Positions 1-13,499 of a stretch of 64,000 nucleotides of DNA are shown piece after piece. The number at the start of each line of letters is the position of its first letter. Position 1 is the first letter of the stretch. Source of the stretch: Marsupella aquatica (Eukaryota > Plantae > Marchantiophyta). The notes beneath the pieces are model-generated. The model worked only from the letters and a program-made list of their open reading frames with translations, was not told where the DNA came from and ran no database searches. The stretch covers positions 30,605,328 to 30,669,327 of the forward strand of contig OZ316892.1 of NCBI GenBank assembly GCA_973895155.1, written 5' to 3'. The position numbers and the translations under genes were made by a program.

Positions 1-1574
1 CATCCCCTCTTTAATCCCTGCTGCTAAGTTCCCCGTAAGCCAAAATTCTTGCACCATTGCTACCCGGTCATCCTGCATGAACACCCAACAGGCCTAATAA
101 ACCTCCATTGTCATCCCGTCTGGTCCTGGGGCCTTATCTCTGGGAAGCATCCACAAGACTTCTTTGATTTCTTCTTTTGTTGGCAGCCCTGCCAGCATTT
201 GTATTTCCGTAATTGTCAACACACACTTTGTGTGCACCAGCAATCTGCTTCGCTCATTCAGAGTTTCCATCAGTTCACGCCTAGATGGCTCCTTAGGCGC
301 ATATAATTCCTTACATGTCTTCTCTACTTCTCTCAATATCATCATTGGATTTGTGATCACCCTGCCATCTTCCATCGTGAGGCTCCTCATTGCCTCCCAT
401 TCTCTTTTTGCCTTTACAGTTGCAAAATAAAACCTCGAAGGTTCCTCCCCTTCACCCAACCATTTAATTCGTGCTAACCTTCGTCCTCTGTGGGCCTCCT
501 CTAATTTTTCCACATGTACTTGATGCTCCATATCCATGTAATCTTGCAACTCCTCTTTTGTGTATTCCTCCAGGATCTCCATTTTCAACACACAAAGCTT
601 ATTTCTCAACAGAAGCATTTCTTCATCTTTCTCTTTAGGTGTCGCTTGCTTCTCAATGTATTTACTCCTCATATTCCTGCAGGCCTTGTCAAAGGCTAGA
701 ATAGGTTCAATACAGTCACCCTTTCCCTCCACCCATGTCGTTCCTAGTATTTCGATCATGCCTTCCATCCTGACCAGGGCAGGATTAGCCTTAAATAGAG
801 ATCTTCTCAGTCCCAATTTTCCTTCCTGCCTTCCTTCCATGAGACTAATGCAAATCACAACCGGGTCATGATCAGACAGAGTTTGATCCCCGTCATGCAC
901 CAAATCAACCAGTTTATAAATCCAGTCACCATTTGCACTAAGATAAAACCTTTCCAGTCTCGATTGAACTAGAGACCCCATCCTATTCCTTCTCCATGTG
1001 TAGCGCGTCCCCCGTACCTCCCCCTTAATTAGCAATGCATCCACCAAATTGAATCTAACTTTCAAAAATCTCCAAACTCTGCTTCTTGTCCCTTAATCAC
1101 AGGAGAATCACCTGTGGAGTCCTCCCTAATTTTGGTCATGTTAAAGTCCCCGCATACAATCCAGTTCTCCTGAGGAAGATGCATTTTCAGCTCATGCCAC
1201 AAAATGGCTCTAAGTTGAGTAGTATTCGGTGCGTAAACACTCAGGATTCCAAATTTACAGTCCTAATACTCCACAATCGCCCATATTGCTCGCCCCCTAT
1301 CCATCACTCCAGACGCTACCATCCTGAAATTCAGATGTATTAGTGATGTCATGCCTCCCCGACTTTCCTCTGGTGTCTATGAAACACATTGGTAAGCTGA
1401 CAAAATTACTCTCATGGCCATATCAAGTCTGAACTGATCCGCCTTGATTTCTTGCAGGGCCAATGCATCTATTCATTCCCTCCTTGCTGCAATCCTGTTT
1501 TTCACCACATTCTTCCAGTTTGGTTCGCAGAGCCCACAGACATTCCAAGACACTACCCTCAAAATTTCTCCCAT
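1..1574 (-). pseudogene. LINE ORF2 N-terminal part (endonuclease and linker), disrupted
   Basis: ATG at 1574 gives MGEILRVVSWNVCGLCEP, with stops/frameshifts before ORF 94..1065, which carries SDH and KAPGPDGM. Confidence 0.85.
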
Positions 1575-1605
1575 CTACTCCGCCCCCGGCTCCAGCTCCC
1601 TTGAG

Positions 1606-2472
1606 CTATATCCGCATTTGCCCACCCAAAGAGGTAGCCGAACTCACACTCCCCCCCTTACGGCGCCTCGGTGTGACAATGGTTATGATCTCTCCAGTCG
1701 CCTCCATCTGTGAATCTACAATCAGCAGCGAAGAGTCCCACAGCTCAGTCGAGCCATCCTCACTCCGCGCAGCAGCACTGTTAACAGTCCCTCCAATCTC
1801 CTCTTCCAACCTTACTTCTCCCCCTACATCAGCCGTTACACTATGTGAGAACTGTAGAGACCATTGTTTTTTAGAGTCATGCACTGCCCGATCCCTTTCA
1901 GTGGCCGGCGGAGTTCTCTTCTCTAACTTTCTCGCTCGTTCTTTTCCCTTAGTAGATACATACGCCTCATACTCTGACATTTCCATGTCAGTGTCACCAT
2001 GATACGAATATGCATCTGGATCCATATTTTTGCTACGTGCATCCCTTCTTATTTCAATCTCCTTAGGAGCTATCCTCAAACCAGAGGGTTCAAAGAAGTG
2101 CGCCTCCGCATCAAGCCTTGAATTTGCTCTATTTTCCTCCACATCAGGCCCTATAGATATAAGCTTCGTTCTGTTTTCCCCTGCCTCTTCTTCTAGCTGC
2201 TCCCGCCCTACCAAGGGCAAGGAGCCCTCATTGCCTGCATCTTCCCCCTGCCCCTCCTCTGAAGGTGTTTCTCGCAATTTCATCGGGGAGGACGTCCTTT
2301 CCTTGCTCATCAGCGATTCAATAGCTACTATATCAGCTATGACCGTGTCCTCCCCTCGCAGTGCAGCCAGCCCCGCTCCATTTCTTACTCGCAAGTTCAT
2401 TTCAAGTTGGGTTCTAAGAACCTCCTCCAGATCCCCCTCCGCCACTGCGTCCAACTCCTCAGGAGTTCCCAC
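1606..2472 (-). pseudogene. Probable LINE ORF1 C-terminal fragment
   Basis: 288-aa E/S/R-rich frame ending about 30 bp upstream of the ORF2 ATG on the same strand. No conserved domain recognised. Confidence 0.5.
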
Positions 2473-2529
2473 CAGGTCCTCATAATTATTCTCTTGATCA
2501 TAGGACTTCCGTCTTTAAAGACTAATCCA

Positions 2530-2979
2530 ATGCCAGACCTTGTGGCCCGTGGAAACGGAAGGCTCACAGTTGGGTTTATACAATCTGTCATAGAGCTCAT
2601 CTCCTATCGTGGGGATATTTTCATTGACTGGACTGCTTGTTTGGGAAGTTCATTTGTGGCAAGAGACTATTGTGGTAGATTTGTTATTGGTGTCGAAGGG
2701 CGACGAGAGTTTGTGACTGCTGCAAGATTTATGCTAGATGACATTTTGGAGCCAAAGTCAACTTTGACTCCGGACAAGACAGTCTCAAGGAAAGGGAAAG
2801 AGCAGTTGGACAGAGTTAGATCAATTTTAAACTTTGATTCTGAAGAAAGCAAGTCGGATGTTGTTGGGGAACCTGATGAGGAACATGTTCCCGTTGTCGA
2901 TCTTGGAGATGACGAGGAAGAGAAGACAAATCCTTTGGGATCAGAATTTGAATCCAAGGATGAGGAGTCTTCTCAGTAA
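2530..2979 (+). pseudogene. Unidentified ORF remnant with acidic tail, probably TE-derived
   Basis: Open frame with protein-like composition and no recognisable motif. Confidence 0.2.
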
Positions 2980-4329
2980 TGCTCGTAAGCCCGCTCCAAA
3001 TCCACAACTAGTTTCAATAAGATATTTTTACATGTATATATTTTTAATATCTATGAAAAATTTCAGGTCGGAGTGGAATATGCAGAGAAGGTTTGACCTT
3101 TGAAAAATGATTGCTGAAGCAATGGAGATGACACCAGAAAAACCATTTATTCTTCCATCATACACAGAGAAGGCGGCCAGAAAAGTTGAGAAGTGTTGAA
3201 CATTGTCTTGGGAAACGAAGGACCTTCGTCTAAGGAGAGGTTGTGATAGGAAGTTTTTGGTGAGGAGGTTTGTGGATGACATTTGTAGGAGTGAGTTTGT
3301 GGACGATGAGGCGGAATCTACCGATAGGTCCGAGAGTAGTGAGGCAGAGTCCTCCGATTAGAATAGTTTCCAGCATGCACATTTATTACACAATTCCATT
3401 GTAAACCAATTTCAAGAATCCACATATAATAAATACTATGTTCTTGGTTTATTTGTGTCATTGGTGAGGTTCAAGTTCTATTGAATCTTGAATCTCTATA
3501 AGTCTTGGACTTATAGAGAAAATCATTGGATTATTTCGACCTAGATTGGGAGGCAATATTTTGAATTCTTGGGACCTATGTTGGATAGCGCCAGGCGTTA
3601 GCCAATTTTTTCTGAGTTTATGTTAGCATCGGGCGTTAGCCAAAAAGGTGTGTATCGTGGATATTGTTACCGTTGGAGTCTATTGATAGGCAGCGGATAT
3701 TGTCTAGTGGTCATTGGTCAGCGTCTAGTACTGCCGTTAAATGACTATTTTCTCTCGTTGTTAGGTGGTAAAAATGGGAAACCCTTAACCTTAATTTTTA
3801 TATATTTTAATTTTCGGCCTTTGCAAAAGACACAGTTAATGCCAGGCTTGTTTCCCAGTCTTTTATGTTCTCGTCCATCAGTGTGATAATTATTGTTTCA
3901 CTTTTATAGCGCCTGGCGTTAGCCAAATTGTCTCTTATACTGGTCTTTGGATCCGTTGTCAGGGATTGTTACCGTTGGAATTCTTGTCAATTCTATCAGA
4001 TTTGTTTCCTCGTCATTGACATTGGGCCCTTCCCACCGGTAACTACGCCTATTAAAGGAATGAGATCCACTTCTGCATCCCCAAAACTTTTTGGACATTG
4101 TTCATACAGAGAGTTTTTGTTTTGGGTTTACAGCGCTTTTTTCCTTTCTCGTTCCTTGTTTCGCATCATTTGATAGAGCATCGAGTCCCAAATGTTGGTA
4201 ATGGTAGGGGCGCAAGGCCACCGCGCCATGTGCCATTGTTGGTGGCGCAATCGGAAATTGATCTTTCATCGATCCACATCCATTGTGGACAATGAGACTG
4301 TCGTGATGGAGACATCAGACATTCAAAAT

Positions 4330-4469
4330 TGTCATAAACCATAGTTTACTTTAACCCTAGACTAGAGTAGGTTAACCTTAACCCAATATGTTAACCTCTT
4401 AGGACTATATAAGTCCTTGATATAATGGAAGTGTGTGGAAGATTACAATCATCTACTTTGTTTACAACA
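4330..4469 (+). repeat. Copia 5' LTR (140 bp)
   Basis: TGTCATAAAC...TTTACAACA, identical by eye to 9963-10102, and contains TATATAA. Confidence 0.95.
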
Positions 4470-4484
4470 CGTTATCAGCACGAC
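4470..4484 (+). promoter_or_regulatory. Primer-binding site, half-molecule tRNA-Ile type
   Basis: CGTTATCAGCACGAC directly follows the LTR. It lacks TGG and resembles the complement of the tRNA-Ile anticodon arm, as known for Bianca. Confidence 0.75.
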
Positions 4485-4955
4485 TGGCTCAATGATTTTT
4501 TTTGCCTAGGCTGCCCCAACAGACATATTGAGAGATCATAGTTTTTACATAGAAAATTACCAAGAATGTTACGTTTTTGGCACCGGAATCCTATGTTACC
4601 GCCTAACTACCCCAAAATTGAGTACAATCCCACCTAAAAAGTGATGCTAGTTTACGCAAAAATTGAGCCCGGACATCAGATTGCTATGAGGAAGGCATCC
4701 ATTAGCGATCTCAATCTTCATTGCCGTAAGGATGGATTTGTCTAATTTTTTTGTTCCATCCAACTTATTTCATCAAGGAATCCAATGCAGGATTTGGGAA
4801 ATGCTACGGTGAAATCCCGAAATTGGACTTATAGGTGCTTCGAACCAGCACCTATAACTCCCCGAAGCATATATTTACCAATTGGATAGACCCAAGTATT
4901 ATATATATACACCACCACACCGAGCATTACAATCCCGAGTACAAGCGCAAGAAAT

Positions 4956-7900
4956 ATGGCAACATTGGAGAAATTGCATTTTCAGGCCCTTTCAGTAGAT
5001 GGCAGCAACTACCTAACGTGGTCAGTAGATGCATAAACATATTTTGCATCACTGGAACTCGAAGATACTTTGATAACTGATAATAATCTGACACTACAAC
5101 AGAAGGCTAAGGCCGTTTTCTTATTACGCCAGCATTTGGCTCCTCCACTCAAAACCCAATATATGAACGAGGTCAACCCACGCCTACTATGGGATAAATT
5201 AAAATCAAGATTCGACCATATGCGCGAAGTCTGGCTCCCAGAAGCCCGCCGTGATTGGTATAACCTGCAAGTGATGGACTACACATCAATAGCCAGCTAC
5301 AACAGCGCATTATTTAGAATCACATCCCAATTGGAGTTGTGTGGCCATCCGGTCCCTAATGCAGATATGATTGACAAAACACTAAGCACATTCCCAGAAG
5401 CAAATATAGCCCTCGGTACACAGTACAGAAATATGAGATTTACAGTCTACTCAGACCTCATTGCACATTTACTGGTAGAAGAGAAGCAGCAGACCGTTGC
5501 CCTGCAGAACGCTAGAAAACGACCTGCAGGATCAGCCCCACCACCACAAAAACCAGAAACAAATTATAATATGAGAAACCAAAGGGGACGAGGCAGATCA
5601 AGAGGCAGAGGCGAATATCAAGACAGAAGCAGGAATCAAAATCCCAGAGGCCGAGGAAATCGTTTTTCATACAACTCATAGGGTCGAGGAGCAAGCGGCC
5701 GAGACAGCAGACGAAACACCCCACCTGATAACATCAGAGAAGATAGGCTGTGTTACCAGTGTGGTAAAATAGGACACATAAAGAAGAACTGTTGGGCATC
5801 AGACCAAGCAGCTAAACGACATACAAAAGCAAGGGCCCAATTAAAGCAAAATCCAGAAGGCAACTATATGGAGATGGAGGAAGACTTAGCTAACTATCAG
5901 GACCCGGAAGAAACACCTACACAACAACCTGAAGAATAGGAGACCCATATGGTAACACCAACATCAATACACACCTCATTAGATGACCCCAACCTTGGGA
6001 TAATTGACAGCGGAACATCACATACAATTCTTAAAGACAAGAAGTACTTCCACAGTATCACCCCATCTACACGATCAATGACCACAATTTTGGGTATAAA
6101 CCAGATAGAAGAAGGTAAGGGAGCCGCAACAGTGACATTCCCACAAGGAACAGTTATTGATATTGATGCAGCAATCTTTGCCCCACGAGCTACTCGAAAT
6201 TTGATAAGCTTTCGGGACGTAGTCGCTAATAAATACCAACTGCGAACGGCAAAGACAGATGAAGAGGACACACTACAAATTTTGGAGATTACCAATGATG
6301 GAACCAATATTAAAGAGACATTACCACTCATACCCCCCGGTCTCTATGCGACTCAAATTACTGTAAATTATTCTACAACTGAATCATCAGAAATAACACA
6401 CCTATGGCACTACCGACTGGGACACCCAGGAGTAAATATGTACCAGAGAATTATCAAGGACTCCAGAGGAATCCCACAAGGAGTCAACCCATCCACAATG
6501 AAACAACAATGCTTAGCCTGTTCTCAGGGGAAGCTGATTACAAGACCACCAATACCGAAGACGATCCATGCTATCCCAAATTTTTTGGAACACCTGAACG
6601 CAGATGTATGTGGGCCAATACACCCACCCAGTGGACCGTTTAAGTACTTCCTGGCCATAATTAACTCATCGACTAAATGGTTACAAGTATCCCTCCTTTC
6701 TAGTCGAAACTTAGTCTTTGCACGAATCTTAGCCAATATATTAAAACTTAAAGCACAGTTCCCAGAAAATCCAATCCGGAAACTGAGAGTGGATGGAGCA
6801 GGGGAATTTACCTCCAAAGCATTCGATGATTTCTGTTGGACGGCGGGAATTGACACAGAATACTCAGTTCCCTACATCCATTTTCAAAACAGAATTGCCG
6901 AATCTATTATAAAGCGTATCCAAATGATTACTCGACCACTCCTACTGAACTCCAAGTTACCCCTCTCCGCATGGGGACATGCAGTCCTCCACGCCACCAC
7001 ATTGCTGAAGTACAGGCCCTCAGCGTTTAATACCAAAACTCCACACCACTTAGCGTTCGGATTACCCCCTGACCTGTCACATCTGCGCGTCTTTGGATGC
7101 AAAGTGATGGTCCCCATCCTTGGGCCAAAGCGCACTAAAATAGGACCTCAAAGACAGGAAGGAATCTACGTTGGCTACGACTCCTCATCCATAATCCGTT
7201 ACCTGGAACCGACCACTGCAGACCTATTTAAAGCCAGATACGCAGACTGTCACTTCTATGAAGATTCATTCCCCCAGTTACTTACAGAAAAACCATTGAC
7301 GAGGGATACACCTCCACAAAGCATAAATTGGAACAATCGAAACTTACTCAACCAGGACCCGCGAACGAAGCGAGCGGATGAGGAAGTCCGCAGACTACTA
7401 CACCTCCAAGAAATGTTGGACAAGATCCCCGACGCCTTTAATGATGCAGCCAACGTTACAAGATCCCATGTAGAGGCAGCAAACGTACCAGCTCGAGTAC
7501 AACCTGCCACAAAATCAGCAATGGAGACCACGGCAAAGAAAAAAAGAGGTAGGCCACCAGAATCTAGAGACTCCCGACCACGCCAGAGACTCCCTCATCA
7601 GGTACTACCTGAAACCACGATGCATGCTATTACTAACAAACCAGATAGATCTGACGTACCAGATAATGAAGAAATGGCCATCCCGTACCAATACACCGGA
7701 CAAATCTATAAAAGACCCAACACTGTCGTTGATGCACAATTTGCCTATCACATAGCTCAGCAAATATCAACTGACACTCCGGACCCCCTAACCATTAAAG
7801 AAGCACAAGGAGGTCGGATTGGCCACTGTGGCAAGAGGCCATTAACACTGAAATGGATGCATTGATCCGTAGGCATGTCTTTGGCCCGTTAAAACAAGTC

Positions 7901-9565
7901 CAACCTAACAATGATTACACAGACAGCAGATTCACATTTGTCAGAAAGAGAAATGCCAAAGGAGATGTCATTAGATACCGTGCACGCTTAGTAGCGAAAG
8001 GCTACACTCAAATCCCGGGAAGGGATTATGATTTGACCTATTCACCTGTTATGGATGTGACTACATTCAGGTATCTTATAGCTTTCTCTCGAAAACACCA
8101 ACTCTGTAATATACTAATGGACGTTGTAACAGCGTACCTATATGGAGTACTAGACTCCGAAATTTTCATGAAAGCCCCAAAAGCACTACTCGCAAGAGTG
8201 ACAGAACATGTCCAAGGGAAACATTTCCAGAACTTGAGTAAGGACATGAAGTCGGGAATACGACAGATTGTACCAGATGAGAAGCTCAAAGGCCTAGTGT
8301 TGAGCAGTGGCAACACAAATAAAGATCCACTCCAGCACCCCAGAAAAAGTGGGACTGGACAGCAGGCGTTTGCTGTGCAAGTCCTGAAATCCATCAACGG
8401 GTTAAAACAAAGTGGACGCATCTAGTACCAGAAGTTTAAAACTGAGATGCAAACCCTTGGATTTATCAACAACGATATCGCACCGTGCATATTCATCAAA
8501 CACATCGATACAGAATTCGTCATCCTCGCCCTATACGTCGATGATGTCAACTTATTTGGTACTCCAAGACTCTTACGCAAAACTATTAATACAATGAAGA
8601 GTATTTTCGAGATGAAAGAAATTGGAGAGCCGACATACTGCTTAGGACTACAATTTGAATACCTGCAAACTGGCACATTTATTAGTCAATCAACCTATAC
8701 CAAGAAGATCATTCGACAATTTCATATGCACAATGCATATCCTGTGTCCACACCCATGGAGATGCGGTCATTGGACACAGCTAAGGACATGTTCAGGCGA
8801 CGACAGGAGAATGAACCAGCCCTTGACTCGGATAAGCCATACCTATCAGCCATTGGCGCCCTTCTCTACCTGGCAAACAATACAAGACCGGATATCTCCT
8901 TCGTAGTAAGCTTACTGGCACGACACAGTGCACATCCAACTATTCGGCATTGGAACGGCGTGAAAAGGGTATTCCGCTACCTTCAAGGCTCAATAGATAT
9001 GGGCCTTTTCTTCCCAAACGACAACCCAGATGAACTCATCGGTTATGCAGATGCGGGGTACCTCTCTGACCCACAGGACTCGAAGTCACAGACTGGCTAC
9101 GTTTTCCTGCAAGGGAGAACTGCCATATCCTGGAGGAGTACAAAACAGAGCATGACCACAACCTCCTCGAATCACGCAGAAGTCATCTCTCTCTATGAAG
9201 CATGTCGTGAGGCGATATGGCTCCGCAGTATTATCAACTATATCCTGAAACAAACAGGCAAAACAATATTGACCAAACCAACAATTATTTACGAAGACAA
9301 TAAAGCATGCGTCGACCAAATTGTTGCAGGCTACATGAAGACAGATCGGACCAAACATATTGATCCAAAATTCTTTTTTACGCACGAACAGAGTGGAAAC
9401 CAGATCCAAGTGAAGTGGATCCGTTCACAAGACAATTGCGCCGATCTTTTTACGAAGCCCTTACCTGCGGGACCCCATCGACAGCACGTTACCGCCATCG
9501 GAATGTGTCGACTCTCTACCCTGCTTTCCCCCACTGCCGACGCACCCCACCAAGCAGATGCTTGA
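4956..9565 (+). pseudogene. Copia gag-pol polyprotein (gag, CCHC knuckle, PR, INT, RT, RNase H), disrupted
   Basis: Motifs CYQCGKIGHIKKNC, IIDSGTSHT, LWHYRLGHP/CLAC, ADVCGP, RVDGAGEF, RARLVAKG, LYVDD, GYADAG and IYEDN. In-frame stops at 5034, 5679, 5937 and 8423, and a frameshift near 7810. Confidence 0.93.
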
Positions 9566-9953
9566 AAAACGAAACGAGGACTTTGGAATTTGGGTTTCGA
9601 CCTTTCCCCCCAACACCTCCCTGTTTACCAAATACCCGACCTAAGCTATACACATATACCTCCGACTTTACACCATTACTTCGATTCAATTAACCGTTCG
9701 GGCATAAGACATTATACTTTTAGACATAGTGAACTACTCTTACTCTAAAGTTACCCTAAATTTTAACATACCTTAGAATTTAACAGGATAATTCATCATA
9801 TAGAACATACATTTTATGGACCACAAATTCTAATGATGGTAGTACTCTTCCTTGAGAAGAAAGCAGCAAGTTTTAATGAGGCTACATCAAAAGTGGATTC
9901 CATTTTACACTAGGGTTAAAAGTGTGGTTACTTGACACCCCGTCCAATTAACC

Positions 9954-9962
9954 AAGGGGAAG
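9954..9962 (+). promoter_or_regulatory. Copia polypurine tract
   Basis: AAGGGGAAG immediately before the 3' LTR. Confidence 0.8.
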
Positions 9963-10102
9963 TGTCATAAACCATAGTTTACTTTAACCCTAGACTAGAG
10001 TAGGTTAACCTTAACCCAATATGTTAACCTCTTAGGACTATATAAGTCCTTGATATAATGGAAGTGTGTGGAAGATTACAATCATCTACTTTGTTTACAA
10101 CA
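9963..10102 (+). repeat. Copia 3' LTR (140 bp)
   Basis: Copy of 4330-4469, followed by TSD AAAAT. Confidence 0.95.
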
Positions 10103-10430
10103 AAAATCATCTTTTCTTGCCTCGTGATGAAGGGATGAGTTCTGGGGATTGAAACATTCCATGGCTTCCTGATTCTCCCCCTAGACCATTTCAGGAACGT
10201 TTCTCGATTCACTATCCCACTCCACAAGATCCATCGGCGAATATTGATTGGAAAGTTGAAGTGCGCACTAGGGAGTTCCTTGGGCGTGTTGATTTCCACG
10301 ACACAAATTGTCTAGGTCCTTCTTCCTTAGTTCCAGCTTGAAGACTTCTGAGTCAATCATATTCCCAATTTTGCACATTTGGTTTTTAGCAAGATCGCTA
10401 TAGAGCGAAATCAGGGGTGGACGATGAATG

Positions 10431-10886
10431 TGGATCTTTGTGCAATCTTGGATCTTGAGAAGGACGCCATAGTTTTGAGTAGCGCCCGACGCTAACATGG
10501 GCAGTCATATTGCAGAGACGATCCCTCAGACTCTAAGTTTGGATTGAGTTAGCCATAGTGACATTGAGTTCATATTCGTCAGTGAGGATTTTCCATTGTA
10601 TTACCCTTAGACAAGCCGGTCGGCAATATGTTCAACGATCCTGGATCTTGAGAGGGGAAGATCTTGGATCTTTAGATAGGAATGATTGGGTTTGAGTAGC
10701 GCCCGACGCTTGTGTGGGCTGTCGATCATCCCAACAATGTAGAAGCATGGATGATCCCTCAGACTCTCAATTTGTTTTGAGTTTTTAGCCATCGAAGGTT
10801 ATTTTTGTCGATTATCTCTCAACTTAGTCTTACAATTATAATTTTCCATTGTATTACCCTCGAACAAGCTGGTCGGAAATATGTTA
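10431..10886. repeat. Diverged tandem duplication (two units of ~210-245 bp)
   Basis: Shared blocks TTTGAGTAGCGCCCGACGCT, GATCCCTCAGACTCT and ATTTTCCATTGTATTACCCT occur in both units. Confidence 0.75.
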
Positions 10887-11329
10887 AGCTTTTCAGTAAA
10901 TGAATGACTGTGTTTTCTGAATAAATTTGGTGTTTTGCGAGCACAGTAAGTTGTACATAATTATTTTCCTCACAATAAACGCACTTTAATATCTATGTGG
11001 AAGCCGGAGTATGCATTGCCATCCTCATTGGTTTAAATATGACTTTGTTTTGGACACACCCTAAACCCTAAATTTTTGGAAGACAGCACATGGGATACTT
11101 TGTATGTTTTTGAGGGATTTCAAGTAGTTGACTTCTTAATCTTCACCAAAAGTAGAAACTTCGCACCAAAATCCTGTCTCATAAACATAAGGGGCAAGTC
11201 CAGTATGCACATATGGACAGTAGTGATTTTAGGAATATTCTATCTTACATGTTATCTTGGCAATCTTTGTGTGTCTTGTTCTCAAACATTTTTCCTGTTT
11301 AGTTTTTGTTGTTTCCTGTTTCCTTTTTA

Positions 11330-13490
11330 CTATTTACTGTCACGGTCGTTATACCCATTTTTTCCCTGGCCAGGAGAGCAAGACCGATTGGGCTCATGTA
11401 TTCAAAATGAGTACCAATGGCCCAGGTTTTGGTGTCGATATTCTCAGACAGATGAAGAGTAGAGGTGAGCTGGAAGGAGCATGGGTCAGTTCTGATGTGA
11501 TGCGGAGAATAAGCACTGGGTGGCTGACATTCAGCGCCCATGTGTACGACCATAATTATAGGTCCCTTTGTACCATCTTCACTTGTGAGCTCCGTGCGGA
11601 GGACTCCTTATCTCTCAAAACCGCACGGAGACATATGATTAATTGAAGTTGCCTCTGATCATGATGTGCATGACCCACTCATTGGAGGATTTATTGCCGA
11701 TAATGCCAAGGCTGGATGGATTGCCATTTGGAATGTTTTTTTTGGAGGGGTCCATCACCCAGAGAAGGAGCACAGTAACGCCTTTCACTTTGCTCAATCT
11801 CTTTGTCGGCACACATTGGAGGGTATTCGGGAAGATCGTCGTCAGGAGCACTATAAAATGTGGGAAAGGCTGAGAACAACACCAACATATGTTCAGGCAT
11901 ACCGAGTTGCCGACGAAATCCATCGTTGGTGGAAGGAAGGCAACTGCTATGCTGGGAAATTGAAATCTCTCCAAGGATGGATATCTTGGTGGGTAGTGAG
12001 GTGGAGGTAGTGGGGGAACTTCATCCGCGTAGTAAGTGTCCTATTTCCTTTCTCTTTGATGTCATTGTTTTTTGCTAGCGACCTCGCTAGCATATCAGGT
12101 CCATTTCTGATGGGGGACTTTTTTGCAGACGCAAACCGCAATGGAGTCAGCCTTGATGCCAAATTGTACTGGAGCGGAATCAATCCATGCATCCATGAGA
12201 TCCTGCCAAATGAAGAAACTAGTGGGATTGATTGAAGCATGTGAGGTGGACCAGAATTGTGCTGTGGAGCAAATTGCTGCATTTACTGCCTATAGTGAAG
12301 GTGTTCACAGAGGCCAGGGGCCGACCATTTTTGAGTTAGGATGTAGGAACGCCGATGCTATGGGATCAATGGATGCTTACGAAAAGGCAGCAAATCCTTT
12401 GCTTGAGTCTTCAGCTAAGTATGAATTCTATAGAACAATACCATTACATGGGGATATCCGAACAACATCCATGAAGAGGAAAGGGAAAGCTTCAGCTACA
12501 ATCCATGAGAATGACTCCCACAGACATGACAAAGTGTCACGCACAACAACTTCTCCTTTAGGTCTAAAAAGGTGTAACCTCTATCCTGAATTTTGCTTCG
12601 TCAATGTTTTGGAGACTTCTGCGGATCCAGAAATAGCAAGGAACACAACTTTGGGAACTCATATCGGAGGTTGCTCTCCTGGAGTTATCCATATTTCAAA
12701 TGACGATGGTGATGATGCAAGTCATAATGTCAATGATACCAAGCAGATGGGGACTCAACCTTTGCGTGATGTCGGGGACGACCATCGGGATGCCCCCCAA
12801 AGGATCCCTTCCATCCAAGAGGTTGATGTTTCTTATGGGACCTAGCATCTCAGGCGGAGCGGTAGAGGTGTTGGACCTGTTTGCAACGGGTCGGTTGACC
12901 GAAGCGTTTTTGGAAGAGATGAATGTAGAAATCTCATCAAGGAGACTGGATGTAAGTCCACGTAAGGGGGTATTGTTGGAGTTGCCATTCACGGGTTGCG
13001 ATTATTGTCTCCACATTGCCAATTGTTGTACTTTTGTCCTAACAATAAATGTCACAAGAGCCAAGGACACAGAACTCTAGCTCAACTACCCCCCCCACCC
13101 GAGTCGCTCAAGGTTCAATGTGGGACTTGCCTCTCCCATCCCAAGATAGATTTTTTGCTGGGATTAGGATTCCAGATCAGTGGACTGTCCTATGTTGATG
13201 CAAAAGAAGTTGGGGAGTTCTCCTCCCCCAACCGGGTCGACCTACGAATTGATATTAACTCATTCCCCAAAAAAATCAATCTAACTAATGTGGACCGTTG
13301 GTTGAAAACCTTAAATGGTAAGGGTGCACAGCAACGTTTCAGCAATACTCCAGAGTTGCTCAAGCGCATTGTTTCCGCTACACAAGAGTACATGACAGTT
13401 GTCGGAAATGAGAAGGTAAGTACCGGAAATGGATGGGGTTGGAGATACTTGATCGTCACTCACGAGACTGATTCACAAGTTCCGCACACA
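11330..13490 (+). pseudogene. MULE (Mutator-like) transposase remnant
   Basis: WVSSDVMRR, WLTFSAHVYD, CTIFTCEL, GFIADNAKA and AFHFAQSL match the MULE DDE core (D, ADxxxA, CxFH-equivalent). Multiple stops and frameshifts. Confidence 0.7.
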
Positions 13491-13499
13491 TTGTCAACA

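Larger units (their letters stand above)
1..2485 (-). mobile_element. Non-LTR retrotransposon (L1/Tx1-like LINE) remnant, continuing beyond the left edge
   Basis: APE endonuclease motifs (VVSWNVCGL, LQEIK, SRLERFY, LSDHDPV), linker WLGEGEEPSRFYF and pre-RT KAPGPDG, preceded by a low-complexity ORF1-like tail. The right boundary is approximate. Confidence 0.85.
4330..10102 (+). mobile_element. Full-length Ty1/copia LTR retrotransposon, Bianca lineage
   Basis: Two 140-bp TG..CA LTRs, 5-bp TSD AAAAT (4325-4329 and 10103-10107), PBS CGTTATCAGCACGAC and a PPT. Domain order gag-PR-INT-RT-RH. Gag start MATLEKLHFQALSVDGSNYLTW is Bianca-like. Confidence 0.95.
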
